64,000 nucleotides of DNA from Deltaproteobacteria bacterium (GCA_046583355.1 JAYGCM010000045.1:1-64000), one strand, 5' to 3'; counted from the stretch's first letter, positions 47,903-59,207 are shown. The notes: generated from the letters alone by a model not told the origin. Program-made: numbers and translations.

Positions 47903-49255
47903 ATGGTTGCGATGCAGGGATACCGACTTTTCTCCTGGGAACTGAGTTATTTCTCGGCCAAATCCCGCGCCTACCTGCGTTGGAAGGAAGCCATGGGCGG
48001 CCTGCCCGAGGGCTTCGAGGACGTGCTCGCCACCAATGATCTGCTCGCCGGCCTCCTCTTGCCGGCCACCGGGACCATGGCCGTGCCGCAGTTGCAGACG
48101 CCGGACGGGCGTTTCGTGCAGGATTCCAGCGAGATCATCGACGTGGTCGAAGCCGCGCACCCGACCCCGCCGGTGGCCCCCGCCGCCGCAAGCAACCCAC
48201 GCCAGGCGTTGACCGCGTGGCTGATCGAGCTTCTCGCCGACGAATGGATGCTGCCGCTGGGCTTCTGGGAACGCTGGCGCCATACCCTGCCCGACGTCGA
48301 GCCGAACCATGCCCGCTACAATGCGCTGCAATGGGGCAGCAGCGACGCCCATGCGACCAACGCCGAGGAGCGCCTGGCCGCCGGCGAAAACCTCTTCGAA
48401 CTGCTCTTCGGCCTCTCGCACGCGCGTACCAAGCCGGTCGCCGTCTACGCCGGCGCCCGCGCACTCGGCGTCACGCCGGAGACCGAGGCCGCCTGGGATC
48501 TCAGTATGGTGCGCATGCTCGATATTCTCAATACGCATTTTGGCAAGCATGATTTTTGTTTCGGCGGCCAGCCGACGCTTGCCGATTTCGCATTGATGGC
48601 CCCCCTCTACCCGCACCTCTACCGCGATCCCGTGCCGGGTTTCTTCCTGCGCCGCGAGTTCCCTTTCCTCGCCGATTGGGTCGACCGGACCAACGGCACG
48701 AACGCGCTCGGCGCACGCACTTACAACCAGACAATCTATTCCGTCGGTGCCGGAGGCGAATTGGTCGGCCGCCCAGCGACCAGCGACGGCGGCGCCTTGC
48801 TGCCCGACGATACGGTCCCCGAGACCCTGCTGCCGCTGCTCGGCGTTTTCTTCGAGGAAATGTGGCCCGTGCTCGAGTCCGCGATGCGCACGCTCACCGC
48901 GTTCCTCGCAAGCGATGCGCACGCGGCGGGCGGCGAAGTACCCGGCAAAAGCTTCACCGCGACACCCGGCTTCGAGGCTCTGCAAACCGGCAACGGCCCG
49001 CTGACGCATGCGTTCCAGCTCGGCGGGGTGGCGGCCCGGCGCATGGTCGTGCCCTACCAGATCTGGATGCTCGGCCGCCTGCTACCCATCCTTGCGCAAT
49101 GCCGTGCGAGCGAAGGTGGCGCCACAGCAATCGAGAATCTACTCGCGCCCTTCCCCGGCGCCGAGCGCTTCCTTGAGTTGGAACGCGCCCTGCGCGGCTG
49201 CCGTCTGCGCAAAGAAGGTGGCCTGCTCTACTCGATAGATCCGGCCGAAAAGTAG
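47903..49255 (+). CDS. Glutathione S-transferase-like protein
   Basis: SYFSAKSRAYLRWK, VPQLQTPDG..QDSSEII, ELLADEW, FCFGGQPTLADFAL. Confidence 0.88.
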   Translation: MVAMQGYRLFSWELSYFSAKSRAYLRWKEAMGGLPEGFEDVLATNDLLAGLLLPATGTMAVPQLQTPDGRFVQDSSEIIDVVEAAHPTPPVAPAAASNPRQALTAWLIELLADEWMLPLGFWERWRHTLPDVEPNHARYNALQWGSSDAHATNAEERLAAGENLFELLFGLSHARTKPVAVYAGARALGVTPETEAAWDLSMVRMLDILNTHFGKHDFCFGGQPTLADFALMAPLYPHLYRDPVPGFFLRREFPFLADWVDRTNGTNALGARTYNQTIYSVGAGGELVGRPATSDGGALLPDDTVPETLLPLLGVFFEEMWPVLESAMRTLTAFLASDAHAAGGEVPGKSFTATPGFEALQTGNGPLTHAFQLGGVAARRMVVPYQIWMLGRLLPILAQCRASEGGATAIENLLAPFPGAERFLELERALRGCRLRKEGGLLYSIDPAEK

Positions 49256-49261
49256 GCCTGC
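49242..49261 (+). repeat. Dispersed repeat, copy 3 (supplies the GST stop codon)
   Basis: CGGCCGAAAAGTAGGCCTGC; TAG at 49253-49255. Confidence 0.8.
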
Positions 49262-49269
49262 CTCCAGGC

Positions 49270-50916
49270 TCAGCGCGCCGTCAGGGCCGTGTCGACGATT
49301 TCCTGGGCCTCGGCCTGGATTCGGCGCAGGTGGTCGTGGCCGAGGAAACTCTCGGCGTAGATTTTGTAGATCGCTTCGGTGCCGGAGGGGCGCGCCGCAA
49401 ACCAGCCGTTCTCGGTCGTGACCTTGAGGCCACCGATGGCGGCATCGTTCGCCGGTGCACGGGTGAGTCGGGCGGTGATCTTCTCACCCGCCAACTCGTC
49501 CTGCGTCACGCTGGCGGCATCGAGCTTCTGAAAGCCGGCCTTGAGCTCCGGCGATGCCGGCGCACTCGTGCGTTCATAAACAGGGCTGCCGAAGCGTTCT
49601 TCCAGCTCGGCATAATGCTCGGCTGGGTCGCGCCCCGTGGTGGCGAGGATCTCAGCAGCCAGCAAACAAAGCAGAGGGCCGTCCTTGTCGGTCGTCCAGG
49701 TCGTGCCGTCCAGGCGCAAGAAGGCCGCACCAGCGCTCTCTTCGCCGCCAAATACATAATCGCCCGAGCCCAATCCCTCGACGAACCATTTGAAGCCGAC
49801 CGGCACCTCGGCAATCTCGCGCCCGACCAGGCCCGCCACGCGGTCGATCATGCTGCTCGAGACCATCGTCTTGCCGATCCGCGACGCGGCCGGCCATTTG
49901 CTGCGCGTCTCACAAAGATAGCGGATCGCCACGGCGAGGTAGGGATTCGGCGCCAGCAAGCCGGCGCCGCGCGTGACGATCCCGTGGCGGTCGGCGTCGC
50001 CGTCGTTGCCAAACGCGATATCAAAGCGGTCGCGCAACTCGACCAGGCTCGCCATCGCCCAGGGCGACGAGCAATCCATGCGGATTTTGCCGTCGCGGTC
50101 GACCGTCATCATCGAGAAGGTCGGGTCGATGCGGGAATCGACGATTTCAATATCGAGACGATGTACCTCGGCGATGCGTCGCCAGGTATCGAGCGCCGCG
50201 CCGCCCAGGGGGTGTACGCCGAGGCTCAAACCGGCGCCGCGGATCGCCTCGATATCCAGAATATTCGGCAGGTCCGCCACATAGGGGCCGGTCAGGTCGC
50301 GTTCGGTCGTCGTCGACGCCGCGAGCGCCTGTACCCAAGGAAGGCGCTTCACGCCGCGTAAGCCAGCCTGCAGAATTTCGTTCGCGCGCGTCTCGATGCG
50401 CCCGGTGGTGGCGGCATCGGCCGGGCCGCCACTGGGCGGGTTGTATTTGAAACCGCCATCTTCGGGCGGATTATGCGAGGGCGTGATCACGATGCCATCG
50501 GCCAGCCCGCTTTTGCAGCCGCGGTTCCAGGTGAGGATCGCATGCGAAATCACGGGTGTCGGCGTCGCACCGCGCCCCGCTTCCAAAACGACCTCGACGC
50601 CGTTGCCGGCCAGCACCTCGACCGCAGTCACCAGCGCCGGCTCACTGAGCGCATGCGTGTCGATACCGACGAAAAGCGGGCCGTCGATGCCGTCGGCGAC
50701 CCGCAGCTCACAAAGGGCTTGCGTTACCGCGAGAATATGGGCCTCGTTGAAAGCCCCGACCAGCGCCGAGCCGCGGTGCCCGGAAGTGCCGAAAGAGACC
50801 CGCTGCGCGGGATCATCCGGGTCAGGACGCTGCGTGAAATACGCAGTGACCAAGCGCGGTACATTGATGAGAATTTCCTGGGGTGCCAGCTTCCCCGCCA
50901 GCTCGTGCGTTGCCAT
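49270..50916 (-). CDS. pgm: Phosphoglucomutase (alpha-D-glucose-1,6-bisphosphate-dependent)
   Basis: [47 protein letters not shown]. Confidence 0.97.
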   Translation of the reverse strand: MATHELAGKLAPQEILINVPRLVTAYFTQRPDPDDPAQRVSFGTSGHRGSALVGAFNEAHILAVTQALCELRVADGIDGPLFVGIDTHALSEPALVTAVEVLAGNGVEVVLEAGRGATPTPVISHAILTWNRGCKSGLADGIVITPSHNPPEDGGFKYNPPSGGPADAATTGRIETRANEILQAGLRGVKRLPWVQALAASTTTERDLTGPYVADLPNILDIEAIRGAGLSLGVHPLGGAALDTWRRIAEVHRLDIEIVDSRIDPTFSMMTVDRDGKIRMDCSSPWAMASLVELRDRFDIAFGNDGDADRHGIVTRGAGLLAPNPYLAVAIRYLCETRSKWPAASRIGKTMVSSSMIDRVAGLVGREIAEVPVGFKWFVEGLGSGDYVFGGEESAGAAFLRLDGTTWTTDKDGPLLCLLAAEILATTGRDPAEHYAELEERFGSPVYERTSAPASPELKAGFQKLDAASVTQDELAGEKITARLTRAPANDAAIGGLKVTTENGWFAARPSGTEAIYKIYAESFLGHDHLRRIQAEAQEIVDTALTAR

Positions 50917-50945
50917 CGAGAACGGGGTACCAAATCGGCGGGAAG

Positions 50946-52850
50946 ATGACGACAGCCGAGAAAAAGACGATCGCCGCCTTCGGCACCTGGGAATCGCCGC
51001 TGCAGCCCGACACCATGGTCGCCGGGCAGGTCGGCTTGGGCTCACCTCTGCCCAGCGGTTTCGGCTTGCTCTGGACGGAATCCCGCCCCAGCGAAGGCGG
51101 CCGCGTGGCGCTGGTCTGCGAGGAGGCCGCCGGCGAAGTCGCTGATTTGTTGGACGCCGCGTGGAGCCTGCGCTCGCGCGCGCACGAATACGGCGGCGGT
51201 GCGCTGGCCGCCAATGCAACGCGCCTGGTCTTCTCGAACGATGCCGACCAGCGCCTCTACGTGCGCAACGTCGGCACGGCGGCACCCTGCCCGCTTACCC
51301 CGGCGGGCAAATTCGCGTTCGCGGACATCGCACTTGACGAGCGCCGCGCCGGCCTCTTCTGTGTCCGCGAAAACCATAGCCAGGCGGGTGAGGCGCAAAA
51401 CGAAATCGTGCGCATCTCGTGGGCCGGAGAAGAAATCGCCGTGGTCGTCGCGGGCCGGGATTTCGTCGCGGCGCCGCGCCTCTCACCAGATGGTACGCAG
51501 CTCGCGTGGATTGCCTGGGATCACCCGAATATGCCGTGGGACGACTCCGAGGTCTGGCTCGCGGATATCGACGAGCGAGGTGATCTTGCCCGGGCGCGAT
51601 GCATCGCCGGCGGGCCCGGCGAGGCCGTCTTCCAACCCGAATGGTCCCCCGCAGGAGTGCTTCATTTCGTCTCCGACAAAAGCGGCTGGTGGAACCTCTA
51701 CCGGTGGGAGAACGACCAGGCGCGGCCACTCTGCCCCATGGAGGCCGAGTTCGGGCTGCCCCAATGGGTCTTCGGCATGCGCACCTATGCATTCGCCAGC
51801 GAAGACGAGATCCTCTGTACCTGGGGCCGTGGCGGCGTCTGGCAACTCGGCCGCCTCGATACGCGCAGCGGCAGGCTGCAGGCGATCGACACACCATTTT
51901 CCGGGTTTGATGGAATACGCGTCGACGGCCGACACCTGAGCTTCCTGGGCGCGCGCCGCGATGGCCCCTCGGCCATCGTATCGCTCGACCTCGCAGACGA
52001 TTCCGTGCGCATCGTGCGGGAATCCGGCCAGGCTCTGCTGACACCAGGCGATATCTCTCACCCCGAGACCTTGGAGATCCGCACGCCAGACGGCGCCTGC
52101 ACGCACGCGTTCTTCTACCCCCCGAACAATGCACGTTTCACGGCACCCATAGGCGAGTTGCCGCCGCTGCGGGTCAAATCGCATGGCGGCCCGACCGGTT
52201 CGGCACGCGCCGATTTCGACCCGCGAATCCAATTCTGGACCACCCGCGGGTTTGCCGTCGTCGATGTGAATTACCGCGGCAGCACCGGCTACGGGCGGGC
52301 CTATCGGGAGGCCCTGAAAGGGCATTGGGGCGTGCATGATGTGGCAGATTGCGAAGCGGCGGCGCTGCATCTCGCACGCGCAGGACGGGTCGACGCCAAA
52401 CGGCTGACGATTCAGGGCGGCAGCGCCGGCGGCTATACGACTCTGGCGGCCTTGGCCTTCACCGATACCTTCGCCTGCGGCGCGAGCCATTATGGCATCG
52501 GCGATCTCGCCGCACTCGCCCGCGACACGCATAAATTCGAGTCCCGCTATCTCGATGCCCTGGTCGCGCCCTGGCCCGCAGGCGAGGCCATCTACGCCGC
52601 ACGCTCACCCCTGGCGCATGCCGACCAGCTCTCGTGCCCCGTCATTTTCTTTCAGGGCCTGGACGATAAGGTCGTGCCACCCAACCAGGCCGAAGCGATG
52701 GTCGCGGCGCTCAAGGCCAAGGGAATCCGCGTCGAATACATTGCGCTGGCCGGCGAAGGGCACGGCTTCCGACGCGCGGAGTCCATCATCAAGGTACTCA
52801 ACCGCGAACTGGCCTTCTTCTGCGAAGTCCTCGGGATACCGCTTTGCTGA
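50946..52850 (+). CDS. S9-family peptidase (prolyl oligopeptidase/acylaminoacyl peptidase)
   Basis: [40 protein letters not shown]. Confidence 0.94.
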   Translation: MTTAEKKTIAAFGTWESPLQPDTMVAGQVGLGSPLPSGFGLLWTESRPSEGGRVALVCEEAAGEVADLLDAAWSLRSRAHEYGGGALAANATRLVFSNDADQRLYVRNVGTAAPCPLTPAGKFAFADIALDERRAGLFCVRENHSQAGEAQNEIVRISWAGEEIAVVVAGRDFVAAPRLSPDGTQLAWIAWDHPNMPWDDSEVWLADIDERGDLARARCIAGGPGEAVFQPEWSPAGVLHFVSDKSGWWNLYRWENDQARPLCPMEAEFGLPQWVFGMRTYAFASEDEILCTWGRGGVWQLGRLDTRSGRLQAIDTPFSGFDGIRVDGRHLSFLGARRDGPSAIVSLDLADDSVRIVRESGQALLTPGDISHPETLEIRTPDGACTHAFFYPPNNARFTAPIGELPPLRVKSHGGPTGSARADFDPRIQFWTTRGFAVVDVNYRGSTGYGRAYREALKGHWGVHDVADCEAAALHLARAGRVDAKRLTIQGGSAGGYTTLAALAFTDTFACGASHYGIGDLAALARDTHKFESRYLDALVAPWPAGEAIYAARSPLAHADQLSCPVIFFQGLDDKVVPPNQAEAMVAALKAKGIRVEYIALAGEGHGFRRAESIIKVLNRELAFFCEVLGIPLC

Positions 52851-52960
52851 ATCCGATTCTCCGCCGCCGAGAACTCCTGCGCGCCGCGGCGCGCTGCCCC
52901 TCGGTTCGCCAATCGCTCGCCGGGTTCGACCGACGCACGAGAGAGAGATAGGGAAGCGAT

Positions 52961-54346
52961 ATGCTGACGCCAATTCCGACTCCATTGGCCAGCCCCGTTC
53001 CTGGCCCTACTGAGACCGCCGCGCTCAATGCCGCACGAGCCGTACGCGACGCGACCGTCGAGAAAATTCAGGATTCCTGGTTCTTCGAATTGGTGCTCGA
53101 TAGGTTCGGCCAACTGGCCGGAGGCATCATGGCCAGCGGCGTACCCGCGCCCTGGCCGACCATCATCTCGGCCGGGCTCAGCATCCTCGCACTCCTGGTC
53201 ATCGGCATCGGGGTGTTTCGCCTCATGGATCTGCTGATTCCGATTCTCCTTCGTCGCATCGTCGGGCACTGGAGCGAGGATTGGGCACGCGTGCTCGAGG
53301 AAGAACGGGTCCTGCACCGTCTGGCGCATCTCGCCCCTCTGGCGGTGCTCGCCGCCTCCCTGCCCGTCGTGGCCGTATTCGGCTTTGCCGGGCCTCTGCT
53401 GATCGCAATCGAGCTCTATGCCATCTGGATCTTCCTCGCCCTGATTCTCGCCATGGTCGGACTCATTCTCGGCTTGTTGCAATTGCGTCCCGAGATGAGC
53501 TCGCTGCCAGTCAATACAATCGAGCAGGCGATCAAACTCTTCGTCACCATCATCGGCGTCCTGCTCGCCTTGAGCGTGACCTTCGACCGCTCGCCGATCT
53601 TCTTCCTCTCCGGCATCGGCGCCGCCACGGCGGTGATCATATTGGTCTTCCGCGACACGCTACTCGGGCTGGTCGCCGGCATCATTCTCGCCCTGAACGA
53701 TATGGTGCGCGTCGGTGACTGGATCGAAATTCCGGGCACGGCGGTCAATGGCGACGTAACCGAGATGACGCTGACCACCGTCCGAGTGCAGAATTTCGAC
53801 CGCACAACGGTGCTGGTCCCCGCCTATGATCTGATCTCCAAATCCGTGATCAATTGGCGCGGCATGGTCGACTCCGGCGGGCGTCGCATCAAGCGTCCGA
53901 TTCATATTGATATGAACACGATCCACTATGTGGACCGCGAGCTTCTGGAAAAGTTTCGCCGCTTCGACCTTCTCGGCGATTACCTCGACGCGAAGATCAG
54001 CGAGATCGACGCGTGGAACGAGTCACATCCGGCGCAAAAAGCCGAAGAGATCAACACCCGGCGCCAGACGAATGTCGGCGTCTACCGGGCTTATATCGTG
54101 GCCTATCTCCGCGCCCACCCGAAGGTCCATAGCGCCGGCTTTACCTTTCTCGTACGGCAGCTTGAACCGACCGCTGCGGGCCTGCCCATCGAGGTCTATG
54201 TCTTCACCAACGACAATCGCTGGGCCGAATACGAAGATATCCAGGCCGATATCTTCGACCACCTACTGGCGGCCGCGCCCGAGTTCGGTCTGCGCATTTT
54301 CCAGAGCCCGAGCGGCACCGACCTGCGCGAACTCAAGCAGGCATGA
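52961..54346 (+). CDS. MscS-family mechanosensitive channel (YbdG/MscM-like)
   Basis: LVFRDTLLGLVAGI, VGDWIEIP, TTVRVQNFD, GGRRIKR, QADIFDHL. Confidence 0.93.
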   Translation: MLTPIPTPLASPVPGPTETAALNAARAVRDATVEKIQDSWFFELVLDRFGQLAGGIMASGVPAPWPTIISAGLSILALLVIGIGVFRLMDLLIPILLRRIVGHWSEDWARVLEEERVLHRLAHLAPLAVLAASLPVVAVFGFAGPLLIAIELYAIWIFLALILAMVGLILGLLQLRPEMSSLPVNTIEQAIKLFVTIIGVLLALSVTFDRSPIFFLSGIGAATAVIILVFRDTLLGLVAGIILALNDMVRVGDWIEIPGTAVNGDVTEMTLTTVRVQNFDRTTVLVPAYDLISKSVINWRGMVDSGGRRIKRPIHIDMNTIHYVDRELLEKFRRFDLLGDYLDAKISEIDAWNESHPAQKAEEINTRRQTNVGVYRAYIVAYLRAHPKVHSAGFTFLVRQLEPTAAGLPIEVYVFTNDNRWAEYEDIQADIFDHLLAAAPEFGLRIFQSPSGTDLRELKQA

Positions 54347-56036
54347 CATAGCCATCCTTGAGGGGATGGACGTGTTTTTCCCAGATGCCCTGGTAGCGCG
54401 CCTCAAAGCGGGCGGGCTTCTGCAACATCTGCAGGCAGCGCGCCATCTGCTCTTCGCCGGTGCCGGGTTTGTCATGCAACTCCAGCGCGTAGCGTGAGAA
54501 ATCGCGACAGAAGACGTCGAAGATCTCGTCGACGAGATCGTCTTCGAGTTGGTAGATCTTCGCGTTCTCGAGGATCAGCTGCGCGTAGACGATCAGCGCG
54601 AAGATCTGCCCCCCGGCAAGCAGATAATCGACATCGCGGCTCTGCTCCTTGCTCGGCGGGCAATCGGCCAGCATCGACTTGAAGAGCTCGATCTTCGCAC
54701 GGAAAAGAGCCACATTCGGCGTCTCGAAAAGCGCAAAGGCCGGCGCGTAATCGTGGAATTGGATGCCTCCGAGCCCCTTGGTTGGTCCCTGGTTGAAAAG
54801 GAAATCGTCGTTCACGGCCTCGCTGCGCTGGCCTACCTCGGCGAACTCACCCGGATTGAAGAAATAATTCGGCATGAATTTCACCAACAAGGCGATATTC
54901 ACATGCACCGTACCTTCAAGTTTCGGCAGCGCCCGAATATCGATCGAAGCCTGGCTGAAGAACTGATCCTTCTCGAAGCCCTTGGCGGCGATGGCATCCC
55001 AAATCAGATTCATCACCTCTTCGCCCTGAGTCGTGACCTTCATTTTGGTCATCGGGTTGAAGAGAAGATAGCGCCGATCCTCGGCGGATGCGGCGCGGAA
55101 ATAATCAGAGGCACGCAGAGCGAAGAGCTTCATCGCCACCAGACGCAGCCAGCCGTCGACGAACATCTTGCGCACATGCGACATATCCGTGACCGGCATT
55201 CCGAAGAGAATGCGATTCGCGGAGTGCTGGATCGCCTCGTAGAAGGCATGCGTCGCCATTCCGATCGACGCCCAGCCGAGGTTGAATTTCCCGATATTGA
55301 TCGTATTGAGCGCCGCATCCCAGGCATCCCGCCCCTTGTGCAGAATATCGGCTTCCGTCAGCGGGTAGTCCTGCAGCGCGTACTCGGAGACGTAATTCTG
55401 ACTCGCAACTACATTTTTGACGAGCTGGTATTTTTCGTGCTGCGGGTCAGCGGCGAAGAAGACATAGGGGTCGTCTTTGTCGGTACCGATGCGGCCGAAG
55501 GTCGAGACGATCGACGCCTTGTTGCCGTTGCCGATATAGTATTTGCTGCCGGTGGCCTCGTAGCGGCCTTCGTCAACCACCTTGAGGATCATATCGGTCG
55601 AGTAGATATCGGCACCGTGGGTCTTCTCGGAGAGACCAAAGGCAAAGATGCCGCCTTCCTGGAGGAGCTTCGCCGTACGCTGCTTGACCTCCTCGTTATC
55701 GCTCATCCAGATCGGGCCGAGACCGAGCACCGAGACCTGCCAGACATACCAATAGGGCAAGCCGTAGAAGCCGAGAATCTCGGCAAACTCACAATTGCGC
55801 CAGGTATCCCAACGCGAGTCCTCGGCACCGTAGCCGGCCGGCGTACAGATGGTCGCAAAGAGGCCCTCGCGGCCGGCGTATTCGAGAAAATCGGCGTACC
55901 ATTCGCGGTCGTAGAACTCTTCGAGAAGTTTCTCCCGGCCACGGTTCTCGAAGAAAGCGATGGTCTTCTCCATCACCTCACGCGAGCGGGTATCCGAGTA
56001 TTTCTTTTCAAGATGATGAGGGTCGAGGAGAATCAT
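54333..56036 (-). CDS. Acyl-CoA dehydrogenase (long form)
   Basis: FAFGLSEKTHGAD, GSKYYIGN, GKFNLG, ALPKLEGTVHVN; ATGA overlap with bioD. Confidence 0.9.
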   Translation of the reverse strand: MILLDPHHLEKKYSDTRSREVMEKTIAFFENRGREKLLEEFYDREWYADFLEYAGREGLFATICTPAGYGAEDSRWDTWRNCEFAEILGFYGLPYWYVWQVSVLGLGPIWMSDNEEVKQRTAKLLQEGGIFAFGLSEKTHGADIYSTDMILKVVDEGRYEATGSKYYIGNGNKASIVSTFGRIGTDKDDPYVFFAADPQHEKYQLVKNVVASQNYVSEYALQDYPLTEADILHKGRDAWDAALNTINIGKFNLGWASIGMATHAFYEAIQHSANRILFGMPVTDMSHVRKMFVDGWLRLVAMKLFALRASDYFRAASAEDRRYLLFNPMTKMKVTTQGEEVMNLIWDAIAAKGFEKDQFFSQASIDIRALPKLEGTVHVNIALLVKFMPNYFFNPGEFAEVGQRSEAVNDDFLFNQGPTKGLGGIQFHDYAPAFALFETPNVALFRAKIELFKSMLADCPPSKEQSRDVDYLLAGGQIFALIVYAQLILENAKIYQLEDDLVDEIFDVFCRDFSRYALELHDKPGTGEEQMARCLQMLQKPARFEARYQGIWEKHVHPLKDGYVMPA

Positions 56037-56695
56037 GCGAGTTTCCTTCCGAGCAATGCAACGCCGTCGTCGGCGAAGGGAATTTCCGCCAGAATCGGGG
56101 CCGGGTCAAGACGCGCGAGCGATTCGCGCAGGGTTTTTTTCGCTAAATCTGTGTCTGGCGAGAGGTGGTTGAGAACCACGCCCTCGATCACCAACCCGCG
56201 CTGACGCGCCGCCTGGAGTGTGAGGAGTGCGTGATTGATCGCGCCCAATTGCACACCAACGACCACGATCAGGCGCGCATCGAGGCGCGCGGCAAGTTGC
56301 GCACAATCCACCGCGCCGGCCAGCGGCACGAGCAGCCCGCCGGCACCTTCTACCAACAACACATCCACCTCGGCGGCACGGACACGGTATTCAAGCACCA
56401 GCGCTTCGATATCCAGGCTCGCCCCGACGCGCTCGGCTGCAATGCCTGGCGCCAGCGCCTCGGCGAGGCGTAGACCGCAGACCATCGCCAAGGGCTCGTC
56501 GGCACCGGCCGCCTCACGCAAAGCCACCGCGTCGGCGGGAACCAATTCGCCGTCCACCTCCGTACAGCCACTCTCAGACGGCTTACGCGCCGCGACCGAA
56601 AGGCCGCGGTACCGCAGCGCGCGCAACAGGCCGCAGCTCACATGCGTCTTACCAACCCCGGTATCGGTCCCGGTGACAAAAACGATTCCCTTCAT
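56033..56695 (-). CDS. bioD: Dethiobiotin synthase
   Basis: FVTGTDTGVGKT, KPSESG, VEGAGGLLVP, LGAINHALLT. Confidence 0.96.
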   Translation of the reverse strand: MKGIVFVTGTDTGVGKTHVSCGLLRALRYRGLSVAARKPSESGCTEVDGELVPADAVALREAAGADEPLAMVCGLRLAEALAPGIAAERVGASLDIEALVLEYRVRAAEVDVLLVEGAGGLLVPLAGAVDCAQLAARLDARLIVVVGVQLGAINHALLTLQAARQRGLVIEGVVLNHLSPDTDLAKKTLRESLARLDPAPILAEIPFADDGVALLGRKLA

Positions 56696-57855
56696 GAGGC
56701 GGCCACGGCGGCAAGAAGAATGCGGGCAGCCTCATCCATATCTGCGTCCGTATGGGCGGCGATCGGAGTCACGCGAAGTCTTGCTGTTCCTTCCGGAACA
56801 GTCGGCGGGCGGATCGCCGGCGCGAAAAGCCCGGCCACGAGCGCGTGGCGGGCCACCGCCAGAGCTTTGGCCGAGGTACCGACAATCAGCGGCAGAATCG
56901 GGCTCGTGAAAGGCTGCATGGCGATGCCGCCGTCCACCAGCGCCCCGTGCAGGCGGCGACTATTGGCCCAGAGGCGATCGCGCAAAGCGGGCTCGCTGCG
57001 CACCAGCCCCAGCGCGACCCGCGAGGCGCCGATCACCGCCGGCGGCAGACCGGTCGAGAAAATATAGGCGCGGGCGCGGTTCACCAAGAGGTCGATCAGT
57101 GGGCCGGAACCGGCGACAAAAGCACCGTAGCTGCCCAATGCCTTGCCCAGCGTGCCCATGCGCACAGCCACCTGCCCGCCGAGACCAAGAGAATCGGCAT
57201 AGCCGGCACCCGAGTCGCCAAAGACGCCCACGGCGTGTGCTTCGTCCAGCATCACCTCGGCATCGAAGCGCTCGGCCAACTCGACCAGCGCCGTAACCGG
57301 CGCGAGATCTCCGTCCATACTGAAGACCGAGTCGCTGAGGATCAGCCGCCGCCGCGCCGGCGTCGCCTCGAGTTTGCGGCGCAGATCATCCACATCGCGG
57401 TGGCGGTAGACCACACAGCGCGCCCGCGCGAGGCGACAACCATCAATCAGACTGGCGTGGTTGAGCTCGTCGCTGAAGACGACATCGTCCTTGCCCACCA
57501 GCGCCGCGATGACGCCGATATTCGCATGATAACCGGAGCCGAAAACGAGAGCGGCCTCTGTGCCCTGCCAGGCCGCGAGTTCCGCTTCGAGATCCCCATG
57601 CACCACCATATGGCCACTGATCAGCGGCGATGCCCCAGCACCCGCCCCACCGGCGGATGTCGCCTCGTCGGCACCAGCGCGCACGCGCGGATCAGCCGCG
57701 AGCCCGAGATAATTATTCGAGGCCAGGCAGAGTACCTTGCGACCGTCGAGCGCAACTCTCGCCCCCTGCATGCCGGCAACCGAACGACGAGCCCGCAGCA
57801 GGTCGCGAGCGGCCAAATCGTCGAGTTCCGATCCAAGGTCGCGGATCCACGCCAT
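56692..57855 (-). CDS. bioF: 8-amino-7-oxononanoate synthase
   Basis: SNNYLGLA, NHASLIDG, SVFSMDGD, DEAHA, GTLGKALG, AIRPPTVP. Confidence 0.96.
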   Translation of the reverse strand: MAWIRDLGSELDDLAARDLLRARRSVAGMQGARVALDGRKVLCLASNNYLGLAADPRVRAGADEATSAGGAGAGASPLISGHMVVHGDLEAELAAWQGTEAALVFGSGYHANIGVIAALVGKDDVVFSDELNHASLIDGCRLARARCVVYRHRDVDDLRRKLEATPARRRLILSDSVFSMDGDLAPVTALVELAERFDAEVMLDEAHAVGVFGDSGAGYADSLGLGGQVAVRMGTLGKALGSYGAFVAGSGPLIDLLVNRARAYIFSTGLPPAVIGASRVALGLVRSEPALRDRLWANSRRLHGALVDGGIAMQPFTSPILPLIVGTSAKALAVARHALVAGLFAPAIRPPTVPEGTARLRVTPIAAHTDADMDEAARILLAAVAAS

Positions 57856-58034
57856 GCCGACTCGCTACCGCAAAAACCAACCCGCCGCACAATCCGCGGC
57901 ATCCAACCGCGCGAGAGGCCGGGCCGAACGTCAGATGCACGCCGGCAAGGGCAGTTCTGCACCCTGCGATGTGCACCCAAGCTCCGGCACAAACAGAAAC
58001 ACGAGCATTGACGGCCAAGCAGCCTTCTTGAAGC

Positions 58035-58050
58035 TGGCACAATATCTGCT
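58035..58050 (+). promoter_or_regulatory. sigma54 promoter
   Basis: TGGCACAATATCTGCT fits GG-N10-GC, about 35 nt upstream of a small ORF with GGAGG. Confidence 0.65.
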
Positions 58051-58083
58051 CTCTCGTACGGCACAACGGAGGTGCGAGGGCCG

Positions 58084-58290
58084 ATGATGACTGTAGGATC
58101 GATATTCGAACTGTTGACGCTGGGGCTTCCACCGATGAGCCTCTACGGGGCTTTTCTAGTGGGAATTGTCGCGGTAGACTTGTGGCTGGAGATCCGCGAG
58201 GCGTGGGAGCCAGAGGCCGCGACACCAACGCCCTTGCCGGCAGCGGGTGGACCCGCTGCCCACTGGAAACCTGCTCCGAGCGGAGCCTGA
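58084..58290 (+). CDS. Small membrane protein (~68 aa)
   Basis: Hydrophobic segment LYGAFLVGIVAVDLWL and a Pro/Ala tail; ends 14 nt before the next gene. Confidence 0.55.
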   Translation: MMTVGSIFELLTLGLPPMSLYGAFLVGIVAVDLWLEIREAWEPEAATPTPLPAAGGPAAHWKPAPSGA

Positions 58291-58304
58291 GAGGAAGATC
58301 AGAC

Positions 58305-59117
58305 ATGGAACCGAGTCCGCGACAGAATCCCATCCCGAAACGTGATTGGCGCCGAGCCTTCGGCATCATCCAGACGGTCATTGACGACCCGACGAAGACC
58401 GAGGAAGTCATCGAGATCATCGACGCCCTGGGCGGGCCGAGCTTCGAGAAGACGTTTCTTCGCTTCGCCCATACTCCCGAGGGCCAGAAGCTGCTCGCCG
58501 AAAAGCCCGACCTGCTTGCCGCCCTCTCCGACCGCGAACGCCTCAGCGCCTTGCCAGCGGGCACATTCGGTCGAGTCTATGCGGATTTCATGACCCGTGG
58601 TGGAATCACCGCCAAAGGCCTCGCCGAAGCCAGCGATGAGGCGCGGAGCCGCTTCCCTGATGCCGCGGCCTTTGATGCTCGGGACAAAGACCGCGAATGG
58701 TTCGGGCAACGCCTGCGCGACCAGCACGATCTGTGGCATGTGCTCACCGGCTACGGCATGGACGAGGCTGGAGAGGCCGCCAATTTATCCTTCTCGATAG
58801 GGCAATTCTTCAACCCAGGCATGCTTTTTCTCGTCTGCTCATCCGTCCTCGTGGTGAACCCACGGATGAAATTGCACTGGTCTCGCTATATGTTCCAAGC
58901 CTGGCGCCGCAGCAAGGCCGTGCCGAAGAACTTCAACCTGGCGCGCTTCGAAGAACTGCTGGAACTGCCTCTCGAAGAGGTGCGCCAGCGGCTCGGAGTG
59001 CCGCCCGCCGAGCAATTCCATCCCGACGGGATCGGCGTCCTGATCCGACACACCCAAGGTGACGACGAGATCATCTGGCGGTTCGCCGACGAACCCGCCG
59101 TCTCCGTTACGATCTGA
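58305..59117 (+). CDS. Coq4-family protein
   Basis: LPAGTFGRVYADFM and HDLWHVLTGYGMDEAGE (HDxxH...E metal motif). GAGGA precedes ATG 58305. Confidence 0.85.
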   Translation: MEPSPRQNPIPKRDWRRAFGIIQTVIDDPTKTEEVIEIIDALGGPSFEKTFLRFAHTPEGQKLLAEKPDLLAALSDRERLSALPAGTFGRVYADFMTRGGITAKGLAEASDEARSRFPDAAAFDARDKDREWFGQRLRDQHDLWHVLTGYGMDEAGEAANLSFSIGQFFNPGMLFLVCSSVLVVNPRMKLHWSRYMFQAWRRSKAVPKNFNLARFEELLELPLEEVRQRLGVPPAEQFHPDGIGVLIRHTQGDDEIIWRFADEPAVSVTI

Positions 59118-59178
59118 TTTTTTCGGCCGGGCGGTAGAGGTTCTCGTGGACTTTACCGCCCGATTTCTTTTTCCCCAC

Positions 59179-59207
59179 TTGCCCAAACGACCGTTGGTTT
59201 ATAAGAT
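59179..59207 (+). promoter_or_regulatory. sigma70-like promoter of the P450 gene, with an operator-like palindrome in the spacer
   Basis: TTGCCC-N17-TAAGAT; the spacer holds the imperfect palindrome AAACGACCGTTGGTTT. Confidence 0.45.
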
